In this document: positions 34,093-43,067 of the stretch, piece by piece
How the letters are laid out: the number at the start of each line of letters is the position of its first letter
Numbering within the stretch: the stretch's first letter is position 1
DNA from: Wickerhamiella versatilis
Lineage: Eukaryota
NCBI GenBank assembly: GCA_030867685.1
Contig: JAQOWU010000007.1
Location: forward strand, 744,001 to 808,000
DNA: 64,000 bases
Reading direction: 5' to 3'
Translations under genes and position numbers: made by a program
The notes under the pieces: generated by a model
What the model was told of the DNA's origin: nothing
Databases searched by the model: none
Seen by the model: only the letters and a program-made list of their open reading frames with translations

Positions 34093-35148
34093 TTAATCTT
34101 TTTTTTCTTCGCTATGGGTGGGGAGTATTCTCTCATAGAGGTCCCTTAATTCGGACGGACTATCAAGGTACCCAAAACTTCGAAAGTCCTTCAACCTTTG
34201 GACTTTAGTCGATATCGAAGCGTCACAGCTAAGAAGGGCTGCCAATGGCTTAGCCAAAATTTCAAAGTATCTTTGGGACGGAACAAATTTCCCATCGGCT
34301 GTTAGCAAAGTTTCTGGGTTCACTTTGGGCATTTTATTACCATTTTTAAAGTAGTTGAAGCCCTCCCCTTCATGAAGCCATACGCCTATAGGCTTCTCGA
34401 GAAGTCCAAGCCTGTACGCCTTTACCACCCCACCCACACGCTCGATACGGTGCTCACGGTACTTAAAAGGCCAATCCTCACGTGCAAGCCGTCGGGAAGA
34501 TGTCCATCCGAGATCGCTAAGCTCCTGTGTAGTGGGCATAGACGGCATTTTACTGTTACCTGGAATCACAGAGAACGGGTTGACGAATCCGATATAGAAT
34601 GCTCCATAAATACCAAGGACCTTCAAAATATGGAGTACAAAGAAAATTATCTGAAACCATTTTGTGCTGAAGATATTGTCGTCAGGAAAAGTCAAGAATC
34701 CAGGTACCATATAACGAAGCAGTTTCAACACGAGAACAGAAGGTGCTACGCCTGGAGTGGGGGTCAGGAACTCAGGAATATCAAGATATAACCATATTGT
34801 GAGTACAGTCAGGAATAATATATGGCGCTCATTGTTCCAGCGCCACTTTGGTATGTACAGCATGCTTTCACAGCCAACCTCGGACACCTTAGTCGTATCG
34901 TCCAGCCAGCGGATCCATTTGGGATCGTCTGCCTCTTCACCAAAAAGCAATGTCCCCTCCTCAGTGAGATAGCCTGGATGCACTGAGACACCCCATCCTT
35001 CGGGATAACGATCGTAGAACCAAGATGGTCGCAATACCACAGGTAAGCGATGCGCGATTTTGTTAAAGTGGTCGACTGTCGCGTCCAGCGGCAAGTTGAA
35101 GCAATAGTCTGACTCTGTGTCTCCTTTAAAACGAATATACACGTCCAT
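34093..35148 (-). CDS. GSF2: ER membrane glucose signalling factor 2
   Basis: MDVYIRF...DYCF, LRPS.F, PGYLTEEG.LLF, WLYLDIP...TPTPG, L..GEGF. Confidence 0.9.
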   Translation of the reverse strand: MDVYIRFKGDTESDYCFNLPLDATVDHFNKIAHRLPVVLRPSWFYDRYPEGWGVSVHPGYLTEEGTLLFGEEADDPKWIRWLDDTTKVSEVGCESMLYIPKWRWNNERHILFLTVLTIWLYLDIPEFLTPTPGVAPSVLVLKLLRYMVPGFLTFPDDNIFSTKWFQIIFFVLHILKVLGIYGAFYIGFVNPFSVIPGNSKMPSMPTTQELSDLGWTSSRRLAREDWPFKYREHRIERVGGVVKAYRLGLLEKPIGVWLHEGEGFNYFKNGNKMPKVNPETLLTADGKFVPSQRYFEILAKPLAALLSCDASISTKVQRLKDFRSFGYLDSPSELRDLYERILPTHSEEKKD

Positions 35149-35405
35149 GACCGTTCTTGAAATTATCTATAATATATTTGTCAGCTGATGAAAACCCCGC
35201 TTTTACCTATGGTATGTTATGTTATTTTGTCTTGCCTTGTCTTGCATTGTTTTGCTTCATAGCAAAAACATAGAATCTTGTATAATATTAGCAGATACGG
35301 TCTAAACTTAGGTGGTTCATAGATCCATAATTAACACGAAGCCACTTATGGAAAGAACGTGAAATAAAGATGTTACCATGGTGAACCTGAATGAATAAAT
35401 AAATA

Positions 35406-36551
35406 TTACTGTATCTTCTCTTGCTTTGGGCCAGAGACATGCTCAAGGTAGGTGGATGGTACATATCCAGTGCGTCCATCTCGTGAACTCACCCTCCACC
35501 ATTGACTGGGCTTTCCGGATGGGTCAGTTGTGGCAAGAACGGCTACCACTTGACCGGTTTTGAGCTCAAGCTCGATATGTGGGTTTTCTGGCACGAAGTT
35601 GTGTGTTGCCTTGCAAAACTGGAGATTGGCAGGGTCTATTTGCAGTACCTGGTCGCCTGCGCCGACTGGCTGTGATTGCTCTGCCATAGCCTTAATGACT
35701 TTCCCTAATATGTACGGTAGTCCCACCACTGCACTGAGGAATATCACTAGAGGCTTAAGTGAAGGTCTTGCGCCGCGATGGCCCTGGCTTTGGAATTTGG
35801 CGAACTGACCCGGCGTCAAACCATGCTTACGCTCAACAGGCTGCCCTTTGATCTTTGCTAACAGGACTCTCCACCACCGCAGCACTGCAAAAATACCCAG
35901 TATTGATCCCAGGCTTTCTTTCAAATGTCCAAACTGCTCTGCGACGCTCATCATTGCAAAAAAGCTGGATTGGGTCGCGAAGTAGGTGGATCCCAGCATT
36001 TGTGAAAATCCTTCAAAAGCTCCAACAATGGATTCGATCATTTGGAACGTCTGCGCGGTTGAGTTCTGTATGGACGACATGTTTGGGTTTTGCATTGATC
36101 CACCCATGCCAAGTCTATTATATCCGCCACCGAGACCACCATATCCGCCTAAACCACCATATCCTCCAAAGCCACCGTAGCCACCGTATCCACCGTAGCC
36201 GCCATAACCACCGTAGCTACCATAGCCACTGTATCCGCCACCTCCCAATCCGCCGTAGCCACCGTACCCACCACCATAGGGATTGCCAAAGCCGCCTAAA
36301 CCGCCTGAAGCTCCTAATGAGCTTGAAACTGGGTTATAGGAATTCTGCATGCTATCCTCCAGGAACGAAGGCCGAGCAGGGAGGTTTTGCACGCTGGAAT
36401 TGGTTGTGTCCTCGGAATGGCTCAAACCCGAGCCGGATGTATCTCCGGTTGTGGCATTGCTTTGTGCCACCAAGGAAGAGCTGTTCACAGTCGACGGAGC
36501 TGCTCCTTGGCTTTGTGTGGCTTCCCACGGTTTCAACCGAGCGGGGGCCAT
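35406..36551 (-). CDS. PEX13: Peroxin 13
   Basis: KPWE N-terminus, GGY repeats, TFQMIESIVGAF.GF.QML.STY.AT.SSFFAM, C-terminal SH3. Confidence 0.95.
   Translation of the reverse strand: MAPARLKPWEATQSQGAAPSTVNSSSLVAQSNATTGDTSGSGLSHSEDTTNSSVQNLPARPSFLEDSMQNSYNPVSSSLGASGGLGGFGNPYGGGYGGYGGLGGGGYSGYGSYGGYGGYGGYGGYGGFGGYGGLGGYGGLGGGYNRLGMGGSMQNPNMSSIQNSTAQTFQMIESIVGAFEGFSQMLGSTYFATQSSFFAMMSVAEQFGHLKESLGSILGIFAVLRWWRVLLAKIKGQPVERKHGLTPGQFAKFQSQGHRGARPSLKPLVIFLSAVVGLPYILGKVIKAMAEQSQPVGAGDQVLQIDPANLQFCKATHNFVPENPHIELELKTGQVVAVLATTDPSGKPSQWWRVSSRDGRTGYVPSTYLEHVSGPKQEKIQ
36120..36305 (-). repeat. GGY/GGF low-complexity repeat (Pex13 YG domain)
   Basis: 9-bp CCACCGTAG-type units encoding GGY. Confidence 0.85.
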
Positions 36552-36833
36552 GACAAGACTAGAATAAGTTTACGTAATGAAAGTGTTTCTCACAAAACAG
36601 ACCAGATCGACATCACAGACAATATATGTCACGCCAATCCCAGTATCCGCTATAATAAACGATCTAAATTTTTTTGGTGCTGTTATAAGTATTAAATGTT
36701 GGCAGAAATAGCCTAGTTGTCGCGTAACACGACTACACCTGAATTATCCAAGTCTGACATGAAAGCTCGGCAAACTGCCGATGTTTAATCTACATTTAAT
36801 TAAAAAAAGGAATAAAGCACGCATGGAAGCGGC

Positions 36834-37094
36834 TTAGAGGAGACCAGCTACAACGGCAGCGAGACCAGCAGCAGCGGCAACAGAACCCTGCTGGGCGCCG
36901 TTAATGGGAGCAGTGGAGTTGTGATGCTTGCTCACAGATGTGGCTGCCGAAGAGCTGGCAACGTGGGATGTGGTAGGCTTGGCCTTCTTGCCGGCCTTGG
37001 TAACCATCATGACAAGCTCGTCCTCCTCGCGAAGAAAAGCATCCTCAAGGGCATAAGTGGAAGCAACAAGGGCAACAATTCCAGCGAACTTCAT
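36834..37094 (-). CDS. Small (86 aa) secreted GPI-anchored cell-wall protein
   Basis: Signal peptide MKFAGIVALVASTYA, S/T/A-rich middle, NG omega-like site and hydrophobic tail AAAAGLAAVVAGLL. ATG at 37094. Confidence 0.75.
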   Translation of the reverse strand: MKFAGIVALVASTYALEDAFLREEDELVMMVTKAGKKAKPTTSHVASSSAATSVSKHHNSTAPINGAQQGSVAAAAGLAAVVAGLL

Positions 37095-37728
37095 ATTTGG
37101 CGATTTTAAAATGAATAAGCCTAGAGAGGGCTCGCAAAATTTATACTGCTCAAATTGCAGGATGGTGGTAAGGGTTGTGTACGTCAAATTTTTATGCTTG
37201 CTGCTCACCGTTTACAATCCTCTGGTCTATTAAAAAATGAATTGATGAGAGCAAAAAAGATCGCTTAGGGTTTTCACAACTTTTGAAGATCCTGCACGTG
37301 TTCCTGCTCATCCACCATCTAGACGCGGTCCTCTTCCGCTCCTAACCCCATCCCTTCGAGCCCAGTTTACTAAAAAACGCTTTACATTCAGGTACGAGAA
37401 GTCTCTGAAAATCCATAATATTCCTAGGTAAAAAGTTGACATGGCTAGGAATAGGCCTTTTTATTGTGCTGATATATATGTTTTATAGGCTATAATCCTA
37501 GTAGACGCCAGACCAGATGAAATCCTGAACCGTCGCATCATAAGAAATAGCAACGATAGGAATTGAATTATTTTCCAAGCGTGGAAAAGCAAACATCGCC
37601 AGCCAGGTCGCCGGTGTTTACACACAGGTCCAAACTAATTGAGATGGCCGTTATGAGAAAAAACGCCGGTACAATGATTAAGGCTTGTTGTGCCTATCCA
37701 ATCTCCCTGACTAACTCAACACCGTATA

Positions 37729-38391
37729 ATGTCGGCAGCTAGTTGGAAACAGTTGTTTACCGGTATCACGCTTGTGATTTCTGGATTTATTCTGGGAACA
37801 GTGTATAACAACTGGTCTTACGATTACCATCTGTTGTGGGAGCATGGCTCAGATCCCAGCTGGGTTACTGCAGCCCTGTCGCACTATAAGATAAAGGCAG
37901 AGCAACCGTTGTTTCTCCACCATGTTCTCCACACTGTCTTCTTCCTCGGAATTTTCTCGCTCATTCTAAAGCTCTACAAGCCGAATGAGTCGAATTATCT
38001 GTTTGATGGTGCATCCTTGCTTCTGTTCAGCATTGGCGTCATTTTTTACATCACGAACCTGCGACCGGCATCTTATTCTTTAAAGACGGGCAACTGGAAT
38101 GACATCGATGAACAAACCGGTGCTATGTTCATTGCGGCGTCACAGGTGCTGATCGTTATGGCAATTGCTGGTGTACTTGCTCTCCAGGCCGGACAGTGGT
38201 ATGCTGAGGCAGAGACGGCTAGACGTATCGCTGCTGCTCAAAAGGCTGAAGCCTCTAGTGCCCCTGCAACTGCAACCGCAACTGAAGCAACATCCCCTCA
38301 AGCAGAACCTCCTACCCCAGAGACAACTGCGGAGTCGTCGGCCACCCCTACGATAGAAAAGGCCACCAAGCGCAAAAGCAAAAAGACTTAG
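37729..38391 (+). CDS. SHR3: ER packaging chaperone for amino-acid permeases
   Basis: YDYHLLW, KLYKP.ESNYLFDGASL, G.W..IDE, GVL.LQAG.WYA. Confidence 0.9.
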   Translation: MSAASWKQLFTGITLVISGFILGTVYNNWSYDYHLLWEHGSDPSWVTAALSHYKIKAEQPLFLHHVLHTVFFLGIFSLILKLYKPNESNYLFDGASLLLFSIGVIFYITNLRPASYSLKTGNWNDIDEQTGAMFIAASQVLIVMAIAGVLALQAGQWYAEAETARRIAAAQKAEASSAPATATATEATSPQAEPPTPETTAESSATPTIEKATKRKSKKT

Positions 38392-38540
38392 ATTAAAGGG
38401 ACGGAAAATATCGAACACTATCATTATGGTCTTTAGAGGAGTCTCTTAATTTACTACAATTTTTCATAACATGCTACATGCGATCCCAATACGTCTGGAT
38501 CCCGTATGCAATAAATAAGGAAGTTTATAGATTGGACTTT

Positions 38541-40214
38541 TTAAGTAGCCACCTGCGTTCCAGACAATTCGTTTGCACTCGTAGTCGTGACAGGCTCCGT
38601 GGGTGTTTTTATGTCCTTGCGCCAAGCCTCCAAGTCATTCATATCGTCGTGCTGACGGCCGAATACCTGATACCACCATTTAGGCTGATCAGGGGGAATC
38701 AGCGCTTCAGACGTTTGCTCATAGTTTGGATTAATGAACTGCTGCCTGCGGGCGAGGAAATAGTCCCATACACTTCGGGTTCTCTCCATTAGTTTGAGCT
38801 CAGCTCGCTCCTTCTCAGAATTAGAAATGAAAGATCCGTATTGACAGGCATAGACATGATATAACAACCTACGCAGGAATCGTTCATTGAACTCAAATGC
38901 ATTAGGATATTTTTGCTGGATTTGGAATGTGCAGTCTAAAAATTGTTGAAATATAGGCCCGGTTTGCTTGCCTTTTATTGCTTCAGGCCAGAGTGAGGTT
39001 ACATTGCTCAGCAATGTCGACTGACCATCATTAGTTGCATCGATGAATGGCTTGTTGACCATGGCCCCATTTCTCGTGATGAACTTATGCCCGAAACTCA
39101 ACCATTCCTTTTCGATCAGGACGGCAAATCCTTCGAGCGTTCGATAATAGCCATCCAGACAGAGCATGCTCAGGCTCGTAACCTGCGGCGTACGGTCCCA
39201 TCCATCAGAACAGTGAATTACGACGTGCGAACACTTGAAATGAACTTGATGCACAACTGTGCGGGCGCATGATAGAAGTAGCTGTGTATGATGCAGCCAT
39301 TGACTCCGTTCAAGACTTGTGGGGTTGGGTGAATTTGAAGAGACGTCGGAGTGCCTAAGAGCATCAAATACACGGCCCAATGAGTCCCTCATTACATGCA
39401 AGTTATCGATTCCCATATAAAACTTACGTGCAGGTGGATAGCGATCAATATTTTCAGTGCCGCCACCCAAGGCCGTTTGTGCGATCGCAGTCGTTTGTGG
39501 CCTTAAATCGACAATGCTATTATCTGCAGACGACCCCCTAAATCCTTCAGGAGGCATAGTTGTTGCAAATACTGCCAGGATAAGCGCTTCATCCTGCGGC
39601 GATCTTTGCTGCTTGAGCCCCACCAGTGGTTGAGAGCAGCGGACAATTGTACATTTATTAAATGCATGGTAATAAGACAAGACAGGTAAACGACCTTGAG
39701 AGCGAAATTTTGCGGCGTGACTCAAGACAGAGTCGCTAATTGATGCCGGGACCACGAGATACCGTGGATATGTTGTGCAAAGCTGGTAGTCAAAATTGGC
39801 CTTGCTAACTCGCCAAAGATTCCAGTCTACCTGCTGACGGTTCATCTCCTCCGCAGCATTATATATATTCCAGCTGCTGAATCCACTTTCTGCAGCAGCC
39901 GGGGAGTATGTAAAACAATAGAGCTGCTGCAAGCTGCGGGGATGGCACAGGCCCTCCAATGACTTGTAGACATCCTCGCAGTTTTTTTGAGACTGGAATT
40001 CAAATGTAAGAAACATGAAGTCTTGGCAGATAATGCGTAAGGCCTTCCCTTCGGGGCGACGAATTGCCTCCGCTATAATTGGGTAGCATATCCAGACCTC
40101 GCGGTCATTGGTGCGGAATATCATGTGGTTCCGCGTCAGGTGGAGCGTTCCAGGCAGGCTTTGGCCCATTCGCACGATGGTGGCCGGCACCTGGGTGACC
40201 CTAATGACTTCCAT
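38541..40214 (-). CDS. YMR1: Myotubularin PI3P phosphatase
   Basis: HCSDGWDRT catalytic motif, EKEWLSFGHKF, FEFNERFL; MEVIRV start at ATG 40214. Confidence 0.92.
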   Translation of the reverse strand: MEVIRVTQVPATIVRMGQSLPGTLHLTRNHMIFRTNDREVWICYPIIAEAIRRPEGKALRIICQDFMFLTFEFQSQKNCEDVYKSLEGLCHPRSLQQLYCFTYSPAAAESGFSSWNIYNAAEEMNRQQVDWNLWRVSKANFDYQLCTTYPRYLVVPASISDSVLSHAAKFRSQGRLPVLSYYHAFNKCTIVRCSQPLVGLKQQRSPQDEALILAVFATTMPPEGFRGSSADNSIVDLRPQTTAIAQTALGGGTENIDRYPPARKFYMGIDNLHVMRDSLGRVFDALRHSDVSSNSPNPTSLERSQWLHHTQLLLSCARTVVHQVHFKCSHVVIHCSDGWDRTPQVTSLSMLCLDGYYRTLEGFAVLIEKEWLSFGHKFITRNGAMVNKPFIDATNDGQSTLLSNVTSLWPEAIKGKQTGPIFQQFLDCTFQIQQKYPNAFEFNERFLRRLLYHVYACQYGSFISNSEKERAELKLMERTRSVWDYFLARRQQFINPNYEQTSEALIPPDQPKWWYQVFGRQHDDMNDLEAWRKDIKTPTEPVTTTSANELSGTQVAT

Positions 40215-40411
40215 TGGCCAACCCTGTGTCAAGTGAGTTAGGTAATACGGCGGTATCTGGAAAATAAGAGCACGACGTCTTTCGAAATGTTTGACAATTT
40301 AGAAATAGATAGCGGCATATTTTTCTACCAGTCGATAGTACTAAGTTATACCGCCAAACCACCTTTCTATACGGTCTTCGGTCAGCGGTGATTACCTTTA
40401 CTCAGCACCCA

Positions 40412-40645
40412 ATGACAAGCTCAGCGCCTGCTTTCTGGTCACAGCCTCTCAAGTTCTTGCGCTATTCGTCCCATAAAAACCCTCACATCGTACTTTCATT
40501 CATTCTGGGGATCACTGGACCCTTGGCGGCAGTAACATTGTACTCCACACGTGAGAAATACCTGTTTCCAGATGCGGCACCCATTCCAGCGGCCTACCCG
40601 CTCCCAGAGAAACGTAACCCTGACTTGAAAGGCTTTGACGACTAA
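40412..40645 (+). CDS. Complex I accessory subunit NI9M / 9.5 kDa (NDUFA3-like)
   Basis: FWSQPLKFLRY.SH..P...S..LG..GP, PIP..YPLP..R...L.GFDD. ATG at 40412. Confidence 0.8.
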   Translation: MTSSAPAFWSQPLKFLRYSSHKNPHIVLSFILGITGPLAAVTLYSTREKYLFPDAAPIPAAYPLPEKRNPDLKGFDD

Positions 40646-40972
40646 ACATTCTGAATGCTCGGTCATTCCTGCCCGTGGAAGTGTCTCTACTTGTTGTGAT
40701 TTTTACATGTGGCTACGTGATATTTTATGTAGAAACCGTGGAGGATTAGGCTTGCTTTTGCTACCTGTGACTATCCCAAAAACAATTTAAAGTGTTAATT
40801 ATTACAGGTACCTCACCATTTTTGCTAGTTGGTGGCTCTTTTCAGTACTCGTAGCGTCTTTCCCTGCACCACTGGACGGATCGTTCCTGGCAACAAGCTA
40901 CAAGAGTAGCAATTTCACAATATAGCGTTATAAACTATCTAAAGAGACATATATATACATTTGTTGTCCGCA

Positions 40973-41764
40973 TTACCATTTGTAGTCCGCTGTTTGAACA
41001 TAATCCTCTTTGATTTTCCAGTTCCGAAGGGGGAACCACAACTTGCGATCCAAACGTTCCTTCATCCAGCCTTGCCGCTGTTCAAGCACGGAAATGTCCT
41101 TCAAAATGGCCTTCACATGAACGTTGGGATGTGTAATTACGCCGGTTCGACCACGACCCTTGGATTGCATCCGCTTCCTATCACTGCCATCTTTTCCAAC
41201 CCATATTTGATCCACAACCATGCGCTCTGGCTGAAGTCCAAGCGTTATGGCATCCTTGCGTCCTCTTTCAAGGGTCTCAGCAATATCGCGAGCCATACGC
41301 TTGCCGCTGAAGTGACACTGCGTGATTGCATCGTCAAGAGGCATACGCCTGAACATACGAAGGAACATATACATCTTCTTCCAAGAACTTTTTATCCGGT
41401 AAGAGCTCACGTACACAGTAGGTTCAAGCGCTCGTTGCTCATCGCGAGAAAGATTCAGTTTGTACTGTTTTCCCTCATGAGAAACCAGCTGCTTATTTTG
41501 GTACTGGCCATGCTCCTCTATAACCTTGCTGTATAATGCATACTTCAAAGGGCTCAGCAAGTCCTTGCGCGTCTTCTGAGGCGTAGGGAATAGTTTTTCC
41601 CGCACGTACGGGTGACTCTGAAGGTCTTTATTCGTGGCATAATCCCGCTCTTCTGATTGTTCCTGAGTGGCAGCTGCATCATCCTTGAAGAAAGCACCAG
41701 CACCACCAGAGCTCTGATAGCGCCGAGCAGCGAGAGGCCTAAATACTCTCAAAGCTCGTCGCAT
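40973..41764 (-). CDS. MRPL22: Mitochondrial ribosomal protein uL22m
   Basis: LEPT.Y..S.RIKSS.KK, AITQCHFS.KR.A, QIWVG.DG, KGRGR.G. Confidence 0.92.
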   Translation of the reverse strand: MRRALRVFRPLAARRYQSSGGAGAFFKDDAAATQEQSEERDYATNKDLQSHPYVREKLFPTPQKTRKDLLSPLKYALYSKVIEEHGQYQNKQLVSHEGKQYKLNLSRDEQRALEPTVYVSSYRIKSSWKKMYMFLRMFRRMPLDDAITQCHFSGKRMARDIAETLERGRKDAITLGLQPERMVVDQIWVGKDGSDRKRMQSKGRGRTGVITHPNVHVKAILKDISVLEQRQGWMKERLDRKLWFPLRNWKIKEDYVQTADYKW

Positions 41765-41791
41765 GAAATATGATCCTGGTTACGTAATCGA

Positions 41792-41953
41792 CTGATGTTA
41801 GCTAGTAGGAAATAAGGCTTGATTCGTGCCAGCGGCTGGCCTGGCGGCTCTGAGGCGCAAAACCTAATGAAGATAGCAGTAATCGAGCATTCACAAGGTC
41901 GCAGTCGCTGTTTGACACAAATTGCATTATGCAATACGGTAGTAATGGCTTAC
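41792..41953 (-). other. Candidate 5'-UTR intron of MRPL22 (162 nt)
   Basis: Minus strand: GTAAGC at 41953, GCTAAC-AT-CAG ending at 41792, 27 nt before the ATG. Confidence 0.45.
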
Positions 41954-42202
41954 TTGCTTGTAATCCGACGGGGGGGTGCGAAGTACACGGCTAATTAAGA
42001 TTTCCGACATAAGTGCAATTGATCCAATGTGTCACTAAATACTTAAGGGCATTTGTTTGACTTCCGTTCCCGGATGGGTGAGGGTTTATCTACACCAAGA
42101 GCCACAATGGGAAAGGGTTAATATACCAGGTGACGGTACCGACTTAGGGTCTTTATATCTCCCATCACCCATCTGTTGAGTCAATTGGGCCGTTCGTCCG
42201 TA

Positions 42203-42541
42203 ATGGGGGTGCCATGCAAATGCTATCTGCCAGAAACACGTCTGTATGCGTGCGGGAATTGCTCCACACATCTTGCTCGTTGCACTGACCTGCTTTCTGA
42301 TGGTTTCCGGGGGTCTACGGGAGATGCCTGCCTGTTTGATGTGGCAATTAATGTTTCTCGACAGCCTCCAGAGGATACCCTCATGACATCAGGAAAGTTT
42401 ACTGTACAGTATATCCACTGTAAGTATTGTGACGAGTACTTGGGCTGGACATATGTTAGAGCTCTCAGTGCATCGCAGATATACAAAGAGGGTAAGTTCA
42501 TTCTGGAAAATAGCGCAGTTCGCACAATTACCTATACATGA
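42203..42541 (+). CDS. MOH1: Yippee/Mis18-family zinc-binding protein
   Basis: YACGNCSTHL, FRGSTGDA.LF, MTSG, IHCKYC...LGW.Y, YKEGKFILE. ATG at 42203. Confidence 0.85.
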   Translation: MGVPCKCYLPETRLYACGNCSTHLARCTDLLSDGFRGSTGDACLFDVAINVSRQPPEDTLMTSGKFTVQYIHCKYCDEYLGWTYVRALSASQIYKEGKFILENSAVRTITYT

Positions 42542-43067
42542 TGCTCTCGGATCCAGTTAGAAATATAGTTATTTATAGTCAATAAGTTAAGTTATTTTAC
42601 AATTTCGCGCTAGTTTTGCTTTATGAAGGATTTACCAACTTGATACTCTAAAACTTGCTGGTATCATGAACCTGCTCCGCAGACTGAAGGCAGAAGGGAA
42701 GAGACGATGGTCCAATCTCGCAATAGCAACGAGTACACAGCAACCCACGTCATACAGTCACCTAACACATATGTTTTAGGTTTATAAAATCACCAGTCTT
42801 TTTGGGGACTACTAGCTGCGAAATCGAATAATTGATTATATGGTTTCGAAAGACATTATCGATATTGATATTGATATTCAGTTCATCCGCCATAGCCTCA
42901 CTTTAGGTCATGTGCAATTCAACGCGGGCTCATAGATTCACTTTTGAATCAGAATAGAAGGATTTTTTTTAATTGAGGAATGTATTATAAGCTACAGTAG
43001 CAGGGGAGGTCATCCTTACAGTCAGTGATGGTTCCACTGTTGCAGTAGCAAACGTAAGCGTGTAAGC

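Noticed and set aside
35855-36553. 232-aa + strand His/Arg-rich ORF
   Set aside because: Antisense shadow of the PEX13 GGY repeat.
40660-40740. snR30/U17-like m1/m2 motifs (CATTCCTG, AAACCGT)
   Set aside because: Imperfect matches and no ACA box 7 nt after m2.
40961-41536. 191-aa + strand ORF
   Set aside because: Antisense to conserved MRPL22, TTG start, no recognisable domain.
42666-42779. 37-codon ORF MNLLRRLKAEGKRRW... with a CCTAAC...TAG acceptor-like end
   Set aside because: No canonical donor, and the splice I tested gives an immediate stop; no recognisable family.
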